Source: Squalus acanthias (Eukaryota). From it: a stretch of 64,000 nt of DNA. This document shows positions 10,944 to 24,040 of the stretch, one piece after another. Position numbers and translations under genes: made by a program. The DNA is taken from NCBI GenBank assembly GCA_030390025.1, contig CM059432.1, positions 87,918,001 to 87,982,000 of the forward strand, given 5' to 3'. Every line of letters starts with the position of its first letter. The first letter of the stretch is position 1. The notes under the pieces are model-generated. The model made no database searches, was not told the origin of the DNA, and saw only the letters and a list, made by a program, of their open reading frames with translations.

Positions 10944-13900
10944 AATATTATGAGAGGAGAAAGGAAAAGCTATGAGGATATATTAAAAAATTAAGTAAGA
11001 AAACCAGGAAAATTAATAAGGGTCAACATAATCACGGTCAATGTAAGAATAGAAGAAGATAATGGAAAGTCAAGCGTGCTAGACTGGAAAAGAGCAAAGT
11101 TTAGTGTGATGAAAGGGGAGCTGGCACAGACACAATGGACCAAATGGCCTCCTTCACTGTTATAAACCTCTATGGTTGTGCGGTTCTAAATTTACAATGC
11201 CCACTACTGGAGAACAAGGCTTCCCAGTGGAAATATGAAGTTGGAAAATTACTCATGAAACATTCTGCTTCTTTTTCTCTCAGAAACTCCATTCTTCCTC
11301 CTCTTTTCCTTGGTGTGAAGAATCACAGGAAGAAAAAAAATCATAAAATAATAACACTTACTGAGCACCTATCTCCAAGTCCCACAATTATTGCCATGTC
11401 TTGCTTCCTCAGCAGCAGTCTCTTCACAAACTCCAGCTCCACCACACAGCTACCGACTTCAAACCTGCCTTTAAAAACATAATAGCCCACACAGAGAGCT
11501 CCCAGCATGCTCTGTTTCCACTTCTGCCTTTTTGCTCTGTCCAACCCAAGGCTATCTGACCTGTATCTCAATACCTTCCTGACTGCAGCCATTCAGCGTG
11601 TTCCTGGGCTGCCTAGCCTCAACTTCTTCTTTACCCCTCTGTGCCCAACATGACCTGATTTGACCTATACTCATTCGCCTACCCATGGCTCTTGTCTGCA
11701 GAGCAGCTGTGTGGCCGATGCCCAAGTTTGATGCAGTCAAGAAATAAAAGTCTGTAAAAAAAATTCCAGGAAAGTATTTTCTTTGACTAAATTGGAACAA
11801 CACAAGTTTAAATGTCAGGATTTTTCATTTAAAAATAATTAGAGTCTTTAAAAAGTAGATTGGCATATTTAGGATTCAATTCCATTACAAATACTTACTG
11901 TCAGATTCAGAACATAGAGTTTAATGATGCTTTAGAAAATAATTTGGTGAAAGATCTCAGATAATTCTTTATACTTAAATTACTTAATTGTTAAAGTATG
12001 AGTTTCAGGCTTAAAGGAACATGTGGCTTTTTTTTGTTGAGAGACTAGAGAGAGGGCAAAGGCCCTGCTGAGTGTGAGAAAAGAGAAGAGATGTTGCTAA
12101 ATGGTGGAAGAGAAGGACAGAGAATCTGTTGAGGGGGGTGGAGAGGGAGAGCTAAAGACATCTTGTTATAGGTTGACAGGAGAAGGAGAGATAGCTTGTT
12201 GAAGGGGGAGAAAGACAAAAACAGACCTTGACTTAGAAAAGGGAGAACTCAGTGAGGGGAGGGAGACCTTGTTGAGCAAGAATTGGGCGGGGGTGGTGGT
12301 GGTGTGGGGGGGGAGTGGTATGGTGGGGTGTGTGGGGGGGGTGCATGGGATAGGAGAGATTCTTTTGGATGAGAGACCCCATGCTGAGCAGGGTAGAGAC
12401 CATGTTGTGGGGAAGGGGCAGATGGTATTACTTTTTCCCCCCTTACGCCCATGAAAGAGAGAGAAAGGCCCTGTTGCAAAGGGGAGATTTTGAGAGAAAC
12501 CCCGTTGAACAGCGTTAAAGATTGCAAGAGTGGTCCTGTTCAATGGTTGGGAAAGAGGAAAGGGAGTGGATTGGGTGAGACGGGAAGCGACAGAGAACCT
12601 GTTCAAGGACAGAGAGCGATATCTTGTTGAGGGAGGCTAGAGTGATAAAGCCTCTTGCTGGGGAAGGAGGAGGAGTGAGAGATAATTGGTTGAAGGGGTG
12701 AGTGAGAGGGAGACCCTAAAACTGAAAGCACAATAGAAACAAAGCGATTGAATTGCCCGGGGGTTTCTGGGGCTCCTGTGGCTCTTCCACTGAAGTTAAG
12801 ATAGACGATCAGAAGAACCTCTGTGGAAATTCACCTCATAGAGTTTCCATTACCCTCTGGCAATTGTGGTGCTAATTGGGTGGACAGTAGCCAGAAATGG
12901 GTTGGAGGCCTGTAGCGCTGGACCATCACCTACTTTAGCACCTGCCCAATTTTCCACTAACATTTCAGGTAGATGGTGGAAGCGCCTTCCCAATTACTAA
13001 GTTTTTTGGGGGGCAAACTTATGTTTCTTAATAGATTTTGTATAATTTTAAGATGTTGTGAATGTGGGTTGTTCATGAGCTACTCTATTGCAAAAAAAAA
13101 ATGTGGTATCAGGTGCTCATATTTTGCGGAATACTGATGTTGAGCATTCAATAGGAGCTGTGTATCTGCAACTCTTTCTTTCTGTAAAGTTCCTTTATGA
13201 ATATGTCTTTATGCATCAGTATACACCACAGGCAGTAGACCAAGAGAGGCAACTACAAGAAAAGGGACTTCAGGATGTGAGCCACCTTTCTCGGTTAGGC
13301 CAAAACCTCAAGTGATGTGTAGGTAAATGTTAAACAAGCACAAAGTGTCGGATGTGTGTGAAAATTCAAAAGGTGATTTTGTGAACAGCACAGGCTACAC
13401 AATCCTAGTACATCGAATAGACTTTTATAACTCTGAGCCTCAGTGGGAGATAAGGCAGTTAAAGGTCAGGCACCTATGTTCTAGTTTGTAACACAAGAAA
13501 CATTTGCTTTGGTTATGACAACAAATACATCTATTTTTGAAGGACCCCCACAGCAGCACTGTGAGGTGGGGTATTAGTTTTTCTAAATCCAAGATTTTTG
13601 TAGTGTCCACGTGGAAAATGTATGGCTCTCAGACGACCTACTGACGAGGAACAGATCTTCAGGAATACGATGTGTTTCTAATCCATGGCCCTACAAGAGC
13701 CTGTGAGGCCAAGTGTACAATTACTGGTGTAGTTGTGAACTTTCCAGGGTTTTCTTATGACTCATAGGAATACTCTATGGCCAAATCTACATTGGCAGAC
13801 AGATTTAACACACCCTCTTTTGGATTCCACCCATCATCTTTTTTTAGCTACTCACTTCTGGCACTGTAAATTTGAAGCTGAAGCAGAGTGGGATGTGAAA

Positions 13901-14050
13901 CTTTTCCATTGCTGTTGAACAGCATTTGGATGAATCTAGTCTTTTGCTTTGGATGCTCGTTTCCTTTGCCCCAATTCAGATGATTCAAATCTGGTCCAGT
14001 AAGAAAAACTGTTAGTTCCTCCAGTGGCTATGTTGGCAAGTGTATTACTG

Positions 14051-15790
14051 AGAATCATAGAATCTGACAGCACAGAAGGAGGCCGTTCGGCCAATCATAC
14101 CCATGCCAGCTCTTTGAATAAGCTGCTCAATTTAGTCCCACACCCCAGCTTTTTCCCATAACCCTGTAAATTAGTCCTCTTCAAGTACATGTCCAATTGC
14201 CTTTGAAAAGTTCCTATGGAATCTGTTTCCACCACCCTTTCAGGCAGTATGTTCCTGCTCTTAACATAAGATGCTAACATAAAAAGGAATCCAAAGGTCT
14301 TCTATAGGCATATTAACAGTAAAAGGGTGGACAGAGGAGCGGTGGGGCTGATTAGTTACCAAAATGGAGATCTATTGGTGGAGGCAGAAGGCATGACTGA
14401 GGTACTAAATGGTAATTTGCATCAGTGTTTTCCAAGAAAGAGGACTTTGTCAAAGCTATGGTAAACGAGGAGGTTGCCGGGATATTGGATGAGATAAAGA
14501 GAAGGTACTAGAAAGGCTGGCAGTACTTAAAGTGGATAATTCACCCGGTCCGGATAGGATGCATCCTAGGTTGCTGAGGGAAGTAAGGGTAGAAATTTCA
14601 GAGGTGCTGGCCACAATCTTCCAATCCTCCTTAGATACAGGAGTGGTGCTAAAGGACTGGAGGATTGCAAATGTTACACCCTTGTTCAAAAAAGGGGAGA
14701 AGGATAAACCTGGCAATTATAGGCAAATCAGTTTAACGTCGGTGGTGGGGAAGCTTTTAGAAACAATAATCCAAGAGAAAATTAACAGCCACTTGGGCGA
14801 GCATGGACTAATAAAGGAGAGCCAGCATGGATTTGTTAAGGCAAATCATGTTTGAGTAGCTTGATTGCGTTTTTTGATGAGGTAACAGAGATCCTTCCTA
14901 AAGTGTGGTGCCCAAAATTGCACCCATTACTCCAGCTGAGGCCTAACCTGTGATTTGCAAAGATTTAGTATGACTCCCTTGTTTTTGTATTCAATGCCCT
15001 TCTTTACAAAGCCAAGTATCCCGTGTGCTTTCTTAACCACCTTATCAACTTGCCCTGCCACCATCAAAGATTTGTGAACATACCCACTTGGTCCCTCTGC
15101 TCTTGCACCCCCCTCAAAATAGAACCATTTAGATTATACTGCTTCTCCTTGTTGTTCCTCCCAAGGTGCATCGCTTCACATTTATCTGCATTAAATTGCA
15201 TCTGCCTTGTGTCTTCCCATTTCACCAGTCTGTCTCTGTCGTCCTGAAGTCTGCGACTATCCTCCTCACTATTTACTATGTTGCCAAGTTTTGTATCATC
15301 CGCAAATTTCAAAATTGTACTCCCTATACTCAAGTCCAGGTCATTTATATATAATCAGAAAAGTCCTAATATGGCCCCCAGGGGGATCCTTCTGCATACT
15401 TCTCTCCAATTAATAAACCTTTTTTGTCTGTTTTATTTTAACCTCTGTTTCCTTTGTCAACCAGGGAGCTCTAGCTTTGGATGCCTCATCTTTCCTCCTT
15501 ATGGGAATATAATTGGTTTGTAGCCGAACTATCTCCGCTTTGAAGGCCTGCCATTGCTCATTTACTGTTATCTTGGCCAATCTTTGTTTCCAGTCCACCT
15601 GTGCTAGATCCCTTCTCAAATCACTGAAATTGGCTCTCTTCCAGTTGGATATTTTCACATTTGTTTTTTCTTTGTCCTTTTCTGTAACTACTTTAAACCT
15701 AATTATATATCATCACTATTATCCAGACACTCTCCCACTGAAACACACTCCACTTGCCCCACTTCATTCCCCAGAACTAGATCCAGTGTG
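14051..15790. mobile_element. Rearranged CR1 LINE (segments in both orientations)
   Basis: 3' end on - (14051-14262), RT N-half on + (14272-14890), RT C-half and pre-RT region on - (14891-15790). Confidence 0.85.
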
Positions 15791-15892
15791 GTACTAAGTT
15801 GTACAAGTCAGGAAGGACACAGGTTTGGGCTGATTTAACTGATTTCAGTCAGAGCAGTGGTAGGCACTCAAGAATTCACTTCATTACACTGG

Positions 15893-16004
15893 ATTAGAGA
15901 AGGAAAGCCAGGGTGAGCCAATCAATGTGGGTCCCTTACAGGCTGAGACAGGAGAAATTATAATGGGGAATAAGGAAATGGCAGAGAAATTAAACAAATA
16001 CTTT
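15893..16004 (+). mobile_element. CR1 LINE, 5' piece (continues at 19396)
   Basis: GPLQAETGEIIMGNKEMAEKLNKYF, collinear with the 37851 ORF. Confidence 0.85.
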
Positions 16005-17739
16005 GGGCTCGATTTTAATAGCCCTGAGGAGGTGGGTTTGGAGGCGGATCTGTTGCAAAAATCGAGAAAAATGGCTTCAGCCACCCAACCCGCCTCCATC
16101 CTGCCCCCACCCGATTTTCGTGAGTGTCTGTTCAGCCGCTCCCAAACTGACCCAACTAGAACCGGTGGGACAGGTAGTTAAGGCAGTTAAGAGCCTGTTA
16201 ACTGCCTTGCTAATCCTATTTTGATAGTGGTTTCCCATTTTCGTGCTTCTGGCTCCTGTTTCCCGTCTTGTCAGAAAAGGCCAGGTTCAAGGAGACGAAT
16301 TGCTGGAGGACATGAGTTGTAGTCATTGGTGGTGCACTTTGAAATCATCCCTGAAACAAGGCTGACATTCAAATGCAACAACTTTGCTGTTGTAAGTATG
16401 GGATAAGATTTTGCACATCTACTGACCTTGTGACTGTTCAAGCTGACACCCACATCTGTAGTGTGACATGAATGGAATAATTTCAGCCCACTTCGACTGT
16501 GTGCTTGCAAGCTTGTTGCCTCAAATAAAATCTATAGCAATGGGATGTGAAAAATTTATGTCCTCTCATCCTGGTCCTCATAATCGGAGGAGCAGCAGCC
16601 AGGTGGCTCAGCGCAGATCTTCCTGGGAAGAGGCGGAGGAGGAGGATGAGGGGCGCCTTGCATGCCCTGTTGTGACCAATGCAGTATCCCTCCAGTTCAC
16701 TGTTGCCCGTCAAGCAGGGTATGCAGACAGCCATGCCACATTCACATAAGCTTACTCTTCAACCAGGGGGATTTAAGTACGTGGGGTTATGGGGGTAGGG
16801 TGGGATATGTGTACTGTGGGGATTAAAGCAGGGACAGGGTACTGGATTTGGATGATCAGCCATGATCGTATTGAATGGTGGAGCAGGCTCGACGGGCCGA
16901 ATGGCCTACTCCTGCTCCTAGATTCTATGTTTCTATGTAACCATAGGTGGCTACCATATGGCTCTGTAATTGTAGGCGACATTAGTCCACCGTCATACAT
17001 CATCTCTGCTATACCCGGTTATTTCCTATAACTTTCACTATCAGCATTACAAAACCAAGTCGTCCTGAGCCCTCAATGCACATTTGCCATTTCCCAGAAC
17101 ACGTAGGCCACACAATCAACTGTTTGCTATAATTTTTCTTTACCACATGACAAAAGCATCACAAACCAATAAGTCAGAAAAAAAAGATGAAACACCCATG
17201 TGAGTCCCCTTGTGACTATATGTGCTTAATTTTTCTCTTACGCGTATTTCTACGTGGTGCTACCCCTGTGGCTTCAGCAGATGTAGAGGCACCTTGCTGA
17301 CTAGGGTGCTGTGCCTGCTTAGACGTCTTTGGCGGGCGTCCTCTGGGTTTGGGAGCCTGGGAGGGCTCTTCAGCAGCCTACTCTTCCTGTGGCTGTGCAG
17401 GGGCTGAAACGGCCATCTCAGTTGGCTCTGCAAAGTGGGTCTCTGACCAAGGGCTCCGCAGTGGCATGGTCGTGTGAGCGCTTGGAGAGGAGCCCATACT
17501 TCCTTTTGTCCTGCCAATAACATCCCTCTTATGGGTCAGCTGCACCTCCGTGTTGGCAAGTGGCCGGAGAGCACCTTGCTGCACTTCAGGGGGGCCATGA
17601 GGACCCGTATCTGTACTGGCAGTCCTCAGCACAAGGATGTCCATGAAGCTCTAGTCTCTCTGCTCAATAGCTGCCCAACTCTCCTCCAGAGATGACAATC
17701 TATTTTGAACAGTCACCATGTTTTCCTGACTCTGGCGAC

Positions 17740-18251
17740 TCATTTCCTCCATGGCGGTAGCCATCCTATCCACGGAGGTTGCCATCCTATCCATGGTGGT
17801 GTGCCATGCGCCATTGCCTCCACCACAGCAGCGCTGATGTTATGGATGGACTCCTCCATTCTCTCCACACTCGCACTAACCCTGGAGGCAAACCCTTCCA
17901 GAGACGCCTGCACTTGTTCCTGTATTTCCCGAGATGCTCTTTTTCTGGATGGCCCCAGAGGCACAGCGTCTGTATGCAGCTCAGCAGAGTTAGGAGATTG
18001 CTGTGACCTTCGCCGAGGACTCTCCACTGCTGTCGCTGTCTCCACCATCTGCTGATGCTCACTAGTGCGCTGTGATAGACCAGGTGGCAACACTACTCTA
18101 ACTTGCGAGGGCCCCACCGAGGTGTGCGTTGCTGCGCTGGTGCTGGGTGCGCTGAGTCCTGGTGATGCTGCTCCCTCAGAGGCTTCAGGTTCCTCTGAGG
18201 AGTTGTCCGGCTCTTCGTCCTGGATCGTGAGGAGGGGGGCACTCGATGGTC
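17740..18251 (-). CDS. Harbinger Myb/SANT protein, exon 3 (acidic/Ser-rich plus coiled-coil-like; probable late frameshift)
   Basis: Acceptor ctcccacag, in phase with exon 2, open to 17740. Homologous to 61986-62970 (VERMEESIHNIS vs VQRMEESISNMS). Confidence 0.65.
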
Positions 18252-18407
18252 CTGTGGGAGAGTAAAGGCATGATTTAGACATCTGATATTGATGTAGCAG
18301 ACACAGCCTTTTGTGCACATGATACAAATTGATTCTCTATGAACATCATATGCCATTGTAGTCAATCACTAAATGTCAATGAGAGGGATGAAACTCTATT
18401 ATGTCAC

Positions 18408-18567
18408 CAGCTTTCTCTAGTGTGCCCGTCTCTCCATCGCCCACTTCCAGGTCCTCGCCACCTCCAACAATTTTGTGTGTAGCCTCCTCAGCACTTGTCA
18501 ACGTTGGTAGGGTTGATGTACCTCCTCCAGTCAGTGCTCTCTCCCTCTTATTGTGGGCTATCTTTTC
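18408..18567 (-). CDS. Harbinger Myb/SANT protein, exon 2
   Basis: Acceptor ttgcag, EKIAHNKRERALTGGG...LTSAEE...VGDGE, donor GTGACA. 160 nt. Same boundaries in the copy at 63124-63265. Confidence 0.7.
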
Positions 18568-18906
18568 CTGCAAGGAGGGACACAAGCAGAGGTTCAACCA
18601 CAGTGATGGAGTGAGTGCGAAGAATCTCTAACATAGAAGCTTAGAGGGAGACCAAGATGGGGTAAGGTGCCAAGAGGAAGCTAGTTCCCTGTGCGTTGTA
18701 AGTTGTTGTCACTGCATGACAGTGAGAGCGAGTCTAAGGGGTGCATAGGCAGGATGCTGAAATGATTCAGTGCAGAGACAGAGATGGATAGGTAAGGGTG
18801 CAAGGGAAGTAAGGGTAAGGTGTGGAGGAGCAGTCTTACAACACAGAGTGCTGGTGATGAGAAGAGAAGGGAAGCAGATTGAAGGTAAGTGTGATGGGAT
18901 ACTCAC

Positions 18907-19146
18907 TTTTGATGTTTGCACAAGATCATTAAACCGTTTTCGGCACTGGATCAATGAGCGTGAATAAATGGAACTTGCGTTGACCTCCTCAGCAATGCGC
19001 AGCCAGGCTGCCTTGGTCTGCTGAGGAGGCTTCCTCCGGCCATCAGGAGGGAAGAGAATCTCCCTGCGCCCTCTGACAGCATCCACAAGAGCATGTAGGG
19101 AGTCATCATTAAATCGAGGAGCTGCCTTGCCTCTGGAAGAAGTCAT
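18907..19146 (-). CDS. Harbinger Myb/SANT-like DNA-binding protein, exon 1
   Basis: MTSSRGKAAPRFNDDSLHALVDAVRGRREILF...KAAWLRIAEEVNA...RSLIQCRKRFNDL, typical of the MSANTD/NAIF1-type domain. 240 nt, donor GTGAGT. Confidence 0.8.
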
Positions 19147-19395
19147 TGTGGTTGGAGCAATATCACTGAGTATCAGAATCCACAAGGGAAAGGCTCAGGC
19201 TGAATGGCAGCTTTAAAACCAACTGCTATGATGACATCATCAGAGGCGGCCAGCTGACCCAATCGCACTCATTGGACCGGCCAGCGCGCCTCATTGAATT
19301 CAACAAGCTGATTAAATTAGCATTAGCAGCTGATCCCGGCGGAAGCGGCTCCGGAACCTGCCCACCACGCAACCCGACTCCAACCCGCCTCGGAA

Positions 19396-21035
19396 ATAAC
19401 CACGGGTCTAGCGAGAATGAGGAACTGAAAGAAATTAGTATTAGTAAAAAAGTAGTACTGGAGAAATTAATGGGACTGAAAGCCAATAAATCCCCTGGAC
19501 CTGATGGCCTGCATCCTAGGGTTTTGAAAGAGTTGGCTATAGAGATAGTGGATGCATTGGTTGTCATTTTCCAAAATTCCATAGATTCTAGAACGGTTCC
19601 TGCGGATTGAAATTTAGCAAATGTAACCCCACTATTTAAGAAAGGAGGGAGAGAGAAAACGGGGAACTACAGACCAGTTAGCCTGACATCAGTAGTAGGG
19701 AAAATGCTAGAATCTATTATTAAGGACGTGGTAACAGGGCAATTAGAAAATAATAATAGGATTGGGCAGAGTCAACACGGATTTATGAAAGGGAAATCGT
19801 GTTTGACAAATCTGTTAGAGTTCTTTGAGGTTGTAACTAGCAGAATAGATAAGGGGGAACCAGTGGATGTGGTGTATTTGGATTTTCAGAAGGCAGTCGA
19901 TAAGGTGCCACACAAGAGGTTATTAAACAAAATTAGGGCTCATGGGATTGGGGGTAATATACTAGCATGGATTGAGGATTGGTTAATGGACAGAAAACAG
20001 AGAGTAGGAATAAACAGGTAATTTTCGGGTTGGCAGGCTGTAACTAGTGGGGTACTGCAAGGATCAGTGCTTGGGCCTCAGCTATTCACAATATATATCA
20101 ATGATTTGGATGAGGGGATCAAATGTAATATATCCAAGTTCGCTGATGATACAAAGCTGGGTGGGAATGTAAGTTGTTAGGAGGATGCAAGGAGGCTTCA
20201 GGGGCTATAGACAGGCTAAGTGAGTGGGCAAGAACATGGCAAATGGAATACAATGTTTCTCCAATGTGAAGTTATCCACCTTGGTAGGAAAAATAGAAAA
20301 GCACAGTATTTTTTAAATGGTGAGAGATTGGGAAATGTTGGTGTTCAGAGGGACCTGGGTGTCCTTGTACACACATCACTGAAAGTTAACATGCAGGTAC
20401 AGCAAGCAATTAGGAAAGCAAATGGTATGTTGGCCTATATTACAAAAGGATTTGAGTATAAGAGTAAAGACATCTTACTGCAATTATATAGGGCCCTGGT
20501 GAGACCACACCTGGAGTATTGTGTACAGTTTTGTTCTCCTTACCTAAGGAAGGATATACTTGCCATAGAGGGAGTGCAACAAAGGTTCACCAGACTGATT
20601 CCTGGGATGGGGTGATTGTCCTATGAGGAGAGATTGAGTAGACTAGGCCTATATTCTCTAGAGTTTAGAAGAATGAGAGGTGATCTCATTGAAACATACA
20701 AAATTCTTACAGGGCTTGACAGGGTAGATGCAGGGAGGATGTTTCCCCTGGCTGGGGAGTCTAGAACCAGGGGTCACAGTCTTAGAATAAGGGGTCGGCC
20801 ATTTAGGACTGAGATGAGGAGAAATTTCTTCACTCAGAGGGTGGTGAATCTTTGGAATTCTCTACCCCAGAGGGCTGTGGAGTTTCAGTCATTGAGTATA
20901 TTCAAGACCGAGATCGATAGATTTTTGAATATTAAAGGAATCAAGATCAGCCATGATTTTATTGAATGGCGGAGCAGGCTCAAAGGGCCAAATGGCCTAC
21001 TCCTGCTCCTATTAGTTATGTTCTTATGCTCTTAT
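19396..21035 (+). mobile_element. CR1 LINE, 3' piece
   Basis: RT peptides with stops; 3' end ...ttatgttcttatgcttatg-like tail. Confidence 0.93.
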
Positions 21036-21440
21036 GCCATGACTCCTGCTGCTAAGTCCTCAGTTGAATATTGGGTGAACATTGCATTTTGCTCAGGCGT
21101 ACTGCTCACACATGTTTGAATGGCCTGACAACACTCACTGTCTATGCTTACACGTGAAGAGTGATCACCCATGGCACTGATCCCCCAGCATGAGTCAATG
21201 CTTTGAGAGGAAGAGGGGTATAATTGAAGGGAAAAAAAATTGCTGCACTACAATTGACCGTGAGCTGGGGAGGAGAAAACCTGTCATGATTCCAACTCCT
21301 GATTGCTATCAAGTAATCTCTGGTGGAAAGTGCCAAAGTATGGACATTGGGTGAGGACAATATCTAGCTCAACTAAAATTCTCAATGTTAAATAACCTGC
21401 TGCTGACACTCAGGCCTAGGTATTCTGCTTGGGCAAAATT
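21036..21440 (+). repeat. LF-SINE-like fragments (two partial copies)
   Basis: Blocks acactcactgtctatgcttacacgtgaaga and ctacaattgacc...ctcctgattgctatc are shared with 28505-28870 and match my recollection of the LF-SINE consensus. Confidence 0.6.
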
Positions 21441-21613
21441 CCAAGTGGAAGAATGTTGGTATGCAATTCACATCCAACTGCTAAGAAGGGGGCTAATCCT
21501 GCTGTAAATTTCAGCATCAGCCTAGTTTATATAATCTTGGTGGTGGTGGTGTCTGTTTAAGTGCTAACGATTTTGGGAGGAGTGGCATGGATGGAAACTT
21601 ATGTGCTGCTGTA

Positions 21614-21750
21614 GGAAATAAAAACAGAAAATGTTGAAAATGTACAACGAGGTTGCCCAATATCCAAAAGAGAAAGTGACAGGTTAATGTTTTGAGTCCG
21701 GCCCTTCATCAGAATACTCCTCTAGTTCTTAGCAATACTTTATTTTCTTT
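21614..21750 (-). mobile_element. Penelope-like terminal fragment with decayed hammerhead motif
   Basis: aaataaaaacagaaaatg as at 33845; minus strand reads CTGATGA-agggccggactc-AAAA-cattaacc. Confidence 0.6.
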
Positions 21751-22310
21751 ACCTTTTTTGTCCTCACGAAGGTGATAAATGTCAGTGCTGGCCAGCTAGT
21801 CAGCATGAAATAGTCCTAGATCAAGCATTGCACTAATAGAAATGTATAGTGCTCCCACTGCACTGCCCCAGCAATGTACCTTAATCCAGGTTTGAGAACA
21901 GTACCCCTACCATAGCAATATTATTAGGATTTTCTACACAACCATCCTCATGCCCTTTCTGATTGTGATTACTGATTTAATGACAATTGTGTCGAATTCT
22001 GGGTGTTTTTGTGATGTGTACTGATGCCCTCTAGAAACTATTTTTGAGATTGCCAATGATTGCTGTGGAGAGGTTTCCGGCAGCTTTTCATGATGATGCA
22101 ATTGCCTCATTGCAATTTTTAAACATTCCCACTTTTGATAGTACTCTTTCTACTTGTCACTTTGAGGTGACTTTATCTATGTTCCAAACTGCACTGATTT
22201 AATACAATAGCTGGCTAGTGCCAGCTGGTCCTTTAACTGTAAATATCTTCAAGAATTATTTTGTATGCAAGTGCTAAAAAATGCTGGCAGTTTAGATGCA
22301 TACTTCCTTA

Positions 22311-22430
22311 GAAAGAAAGAAATAATTTGCATTTATATAGCCCCTTTCACAACCTCACAATGTCCCAAAGCACTTCACAACCAATGAAGTACTTTTGAAA
22401 TGTAATCACTGTTGTAATGCAGAGAAACAT
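22311..22430 (-). repeat. SacSINE1/DeuSINE-like 3' tail
   Basis: Matches 56311-56430. Confidence 0.7.
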
Positions 22431-22767
22431 AGATAACTTTTTCAGTCCTACCTTATCATATGCAGATCTGCTAATAGTTTTAGTATCGTGTTTTCTCGTG
22501 TCTGAGAATATGGGCATTTCTTGGCTGAGTTCTTTTAATTGAGAAACCAAGATGAAAAGTGAAGTTGTGAAACAGAAGACAGGGTAAGGTGACACTATAC
22601 TTGGGGCTTAAATGTCTAAAGATTGTAGGACTGAGGGAGGTGAGAAATTCTACAATTTTGAGGACCTGGGAAAGAATGAGTTCTAATGGGAGGTGGAAGA
22701 TCAGTGAAGACCCCATCTACATGTGAAAACAGGGTTTGTGCCAAAGTTATGAAAGCAGAGTGGTAGA

Positions 22768-24040
22768 AGAACATAAGAACATAAGAAATAAGAGCAGGAG
22801 TAGGTCTTATGGGCCCTCGAGTCTGCTCCACCATTCAATAAGATCATGGCTAATCTACCTCAACTCCACATTCCCACCCTATGCCATATTCCTTTATTCC
22901 CTTAGTGTCCACAAATCTATCTATCTCAGCCTTGAATGCACTCAATGACTCAGCATCCACAGCCCTCTGGGGTAGAGAATTCCAAAGATTCACAGCCCTC
23001 TGAGTGGGAAAAAATGTCTCCTCATCTCAGTCCTAAATGGCCGACCCCTTATCCTGATACTATGGGGGGAAAATTCAGTTGGTTTGCGCCTCCCGTTAGC
23101 GCCTTAAGAGGGCACTAATGGGGCGCAAAGCAACTAGCGCCCATGGGCGGTGATGTTTGCGCCGCTCACGAAATTAACTAGACACTTTGCAGCGACGCTA
23201 AACACTACTGCCACGATCTCCTGCGCTAGCAGATCGTGATGTCACGATCTGCAACGCCCCGGTAGCGCCCCAGACCGGATATTGAGTGGCGCCCCCTGCC
23301 TTACCGCCTGCCGCTAGCAACGACAGGTTGAGGGGAGCGTTTTGCAGTCAGGAAGGGACTGGGGGAGCGCTATTTAAAGGCGACCGCTTCCTGCCTTTTT
23401 TTGTTGGTGACATTTTTGCACCACGCATTCTGAGAGAGAGAGAGAGACTTCTGGAGAAGAGATTCAATGCTGTGTGAAGGAGTTTTGGGTACTGAGCAGC
23501 ACTTTGCAGGTTCATTCAGATTTGCCCTTCCTTGTATCGATTTAGAAGAGACTGTGGGGGCTGCACTCTGAGCTCATTCCCATGGCCTCTCCACTGTTCT
23601 TTCCAGCAGATTTGATGTACAGGTCTCTCCAGGCCAAGATTCAAGGCTGCAATGAGCAGGATGTGGATGGAGAGCAAGATCAACCCTCCCCTTTAAGAAC
23701 TGGCCGGCGCCATTGTGTCTGTGTTCCATTGCTGACTGACATCACATGAGCTTCACCAGCGCTCTGAGGTAGCGCCTCGCTCCTCGGCCTTTGCGCCTTA
23801 AGACAGATGTGTAGCGCCTGATTTAGCGCTCCAATCACCTCCAGGGGCGATAAAAGCCAAGTTTGCAGTCGGAGGCGATAATTAGCGCCAGGCGCTAATC
23901 TTTGCGCCCGGCCGATAATTGCGCCCCAAATGGGGCGATACTGAATTTCTCCCCCTATGAACCCTAGTTCTAGACTCTCCAGCCAGGGGAAACAGTTTCT
24001 CAAAATCTCTCCTGTCAAACCTTCAAAGAATTTTATACAT
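22768..24040 (-). mobile_element. CR1 3' fragment split by a MITE
   Basis: Tail agaacataagaacataag; the sequence rejoins across 23064-23955. Confidence 0.9.
23064..23955 (+). mobile_element. Harbinger-type MITE, family A
   Basis: TIRs GGGGGGAAAATTCAG / CTGAATTTCTCCCCC; TSD TAT. Removal restores the CR1 sequence ctgatac-tat-gaaccctag. Confidence 0.92.

Larger units (their letters stand above)
16005..19395. mobile_element. Harbinger deletion derivative inserted in a CR1; transposase deleted, Myb/SANT gene retained
   Basis: Starts TTT|GGGCTCGATTTTAATA; homologous to the element from 59993. Contains a small CR1 3' fragment (16760-16940). Right TIR not seen. Confidence 0.8.

Noticed and set aside
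13641..13670. CTGACGA hammerhead-like motif
   Set aside because: There is no downstream GAAA and no convincing stem I or III.
13050..13820. Unique-looking sequence that might be a decayed coding region
   Set aside because: The frames I translated contain stops and no motif I recognise; a translated database search would be needed.
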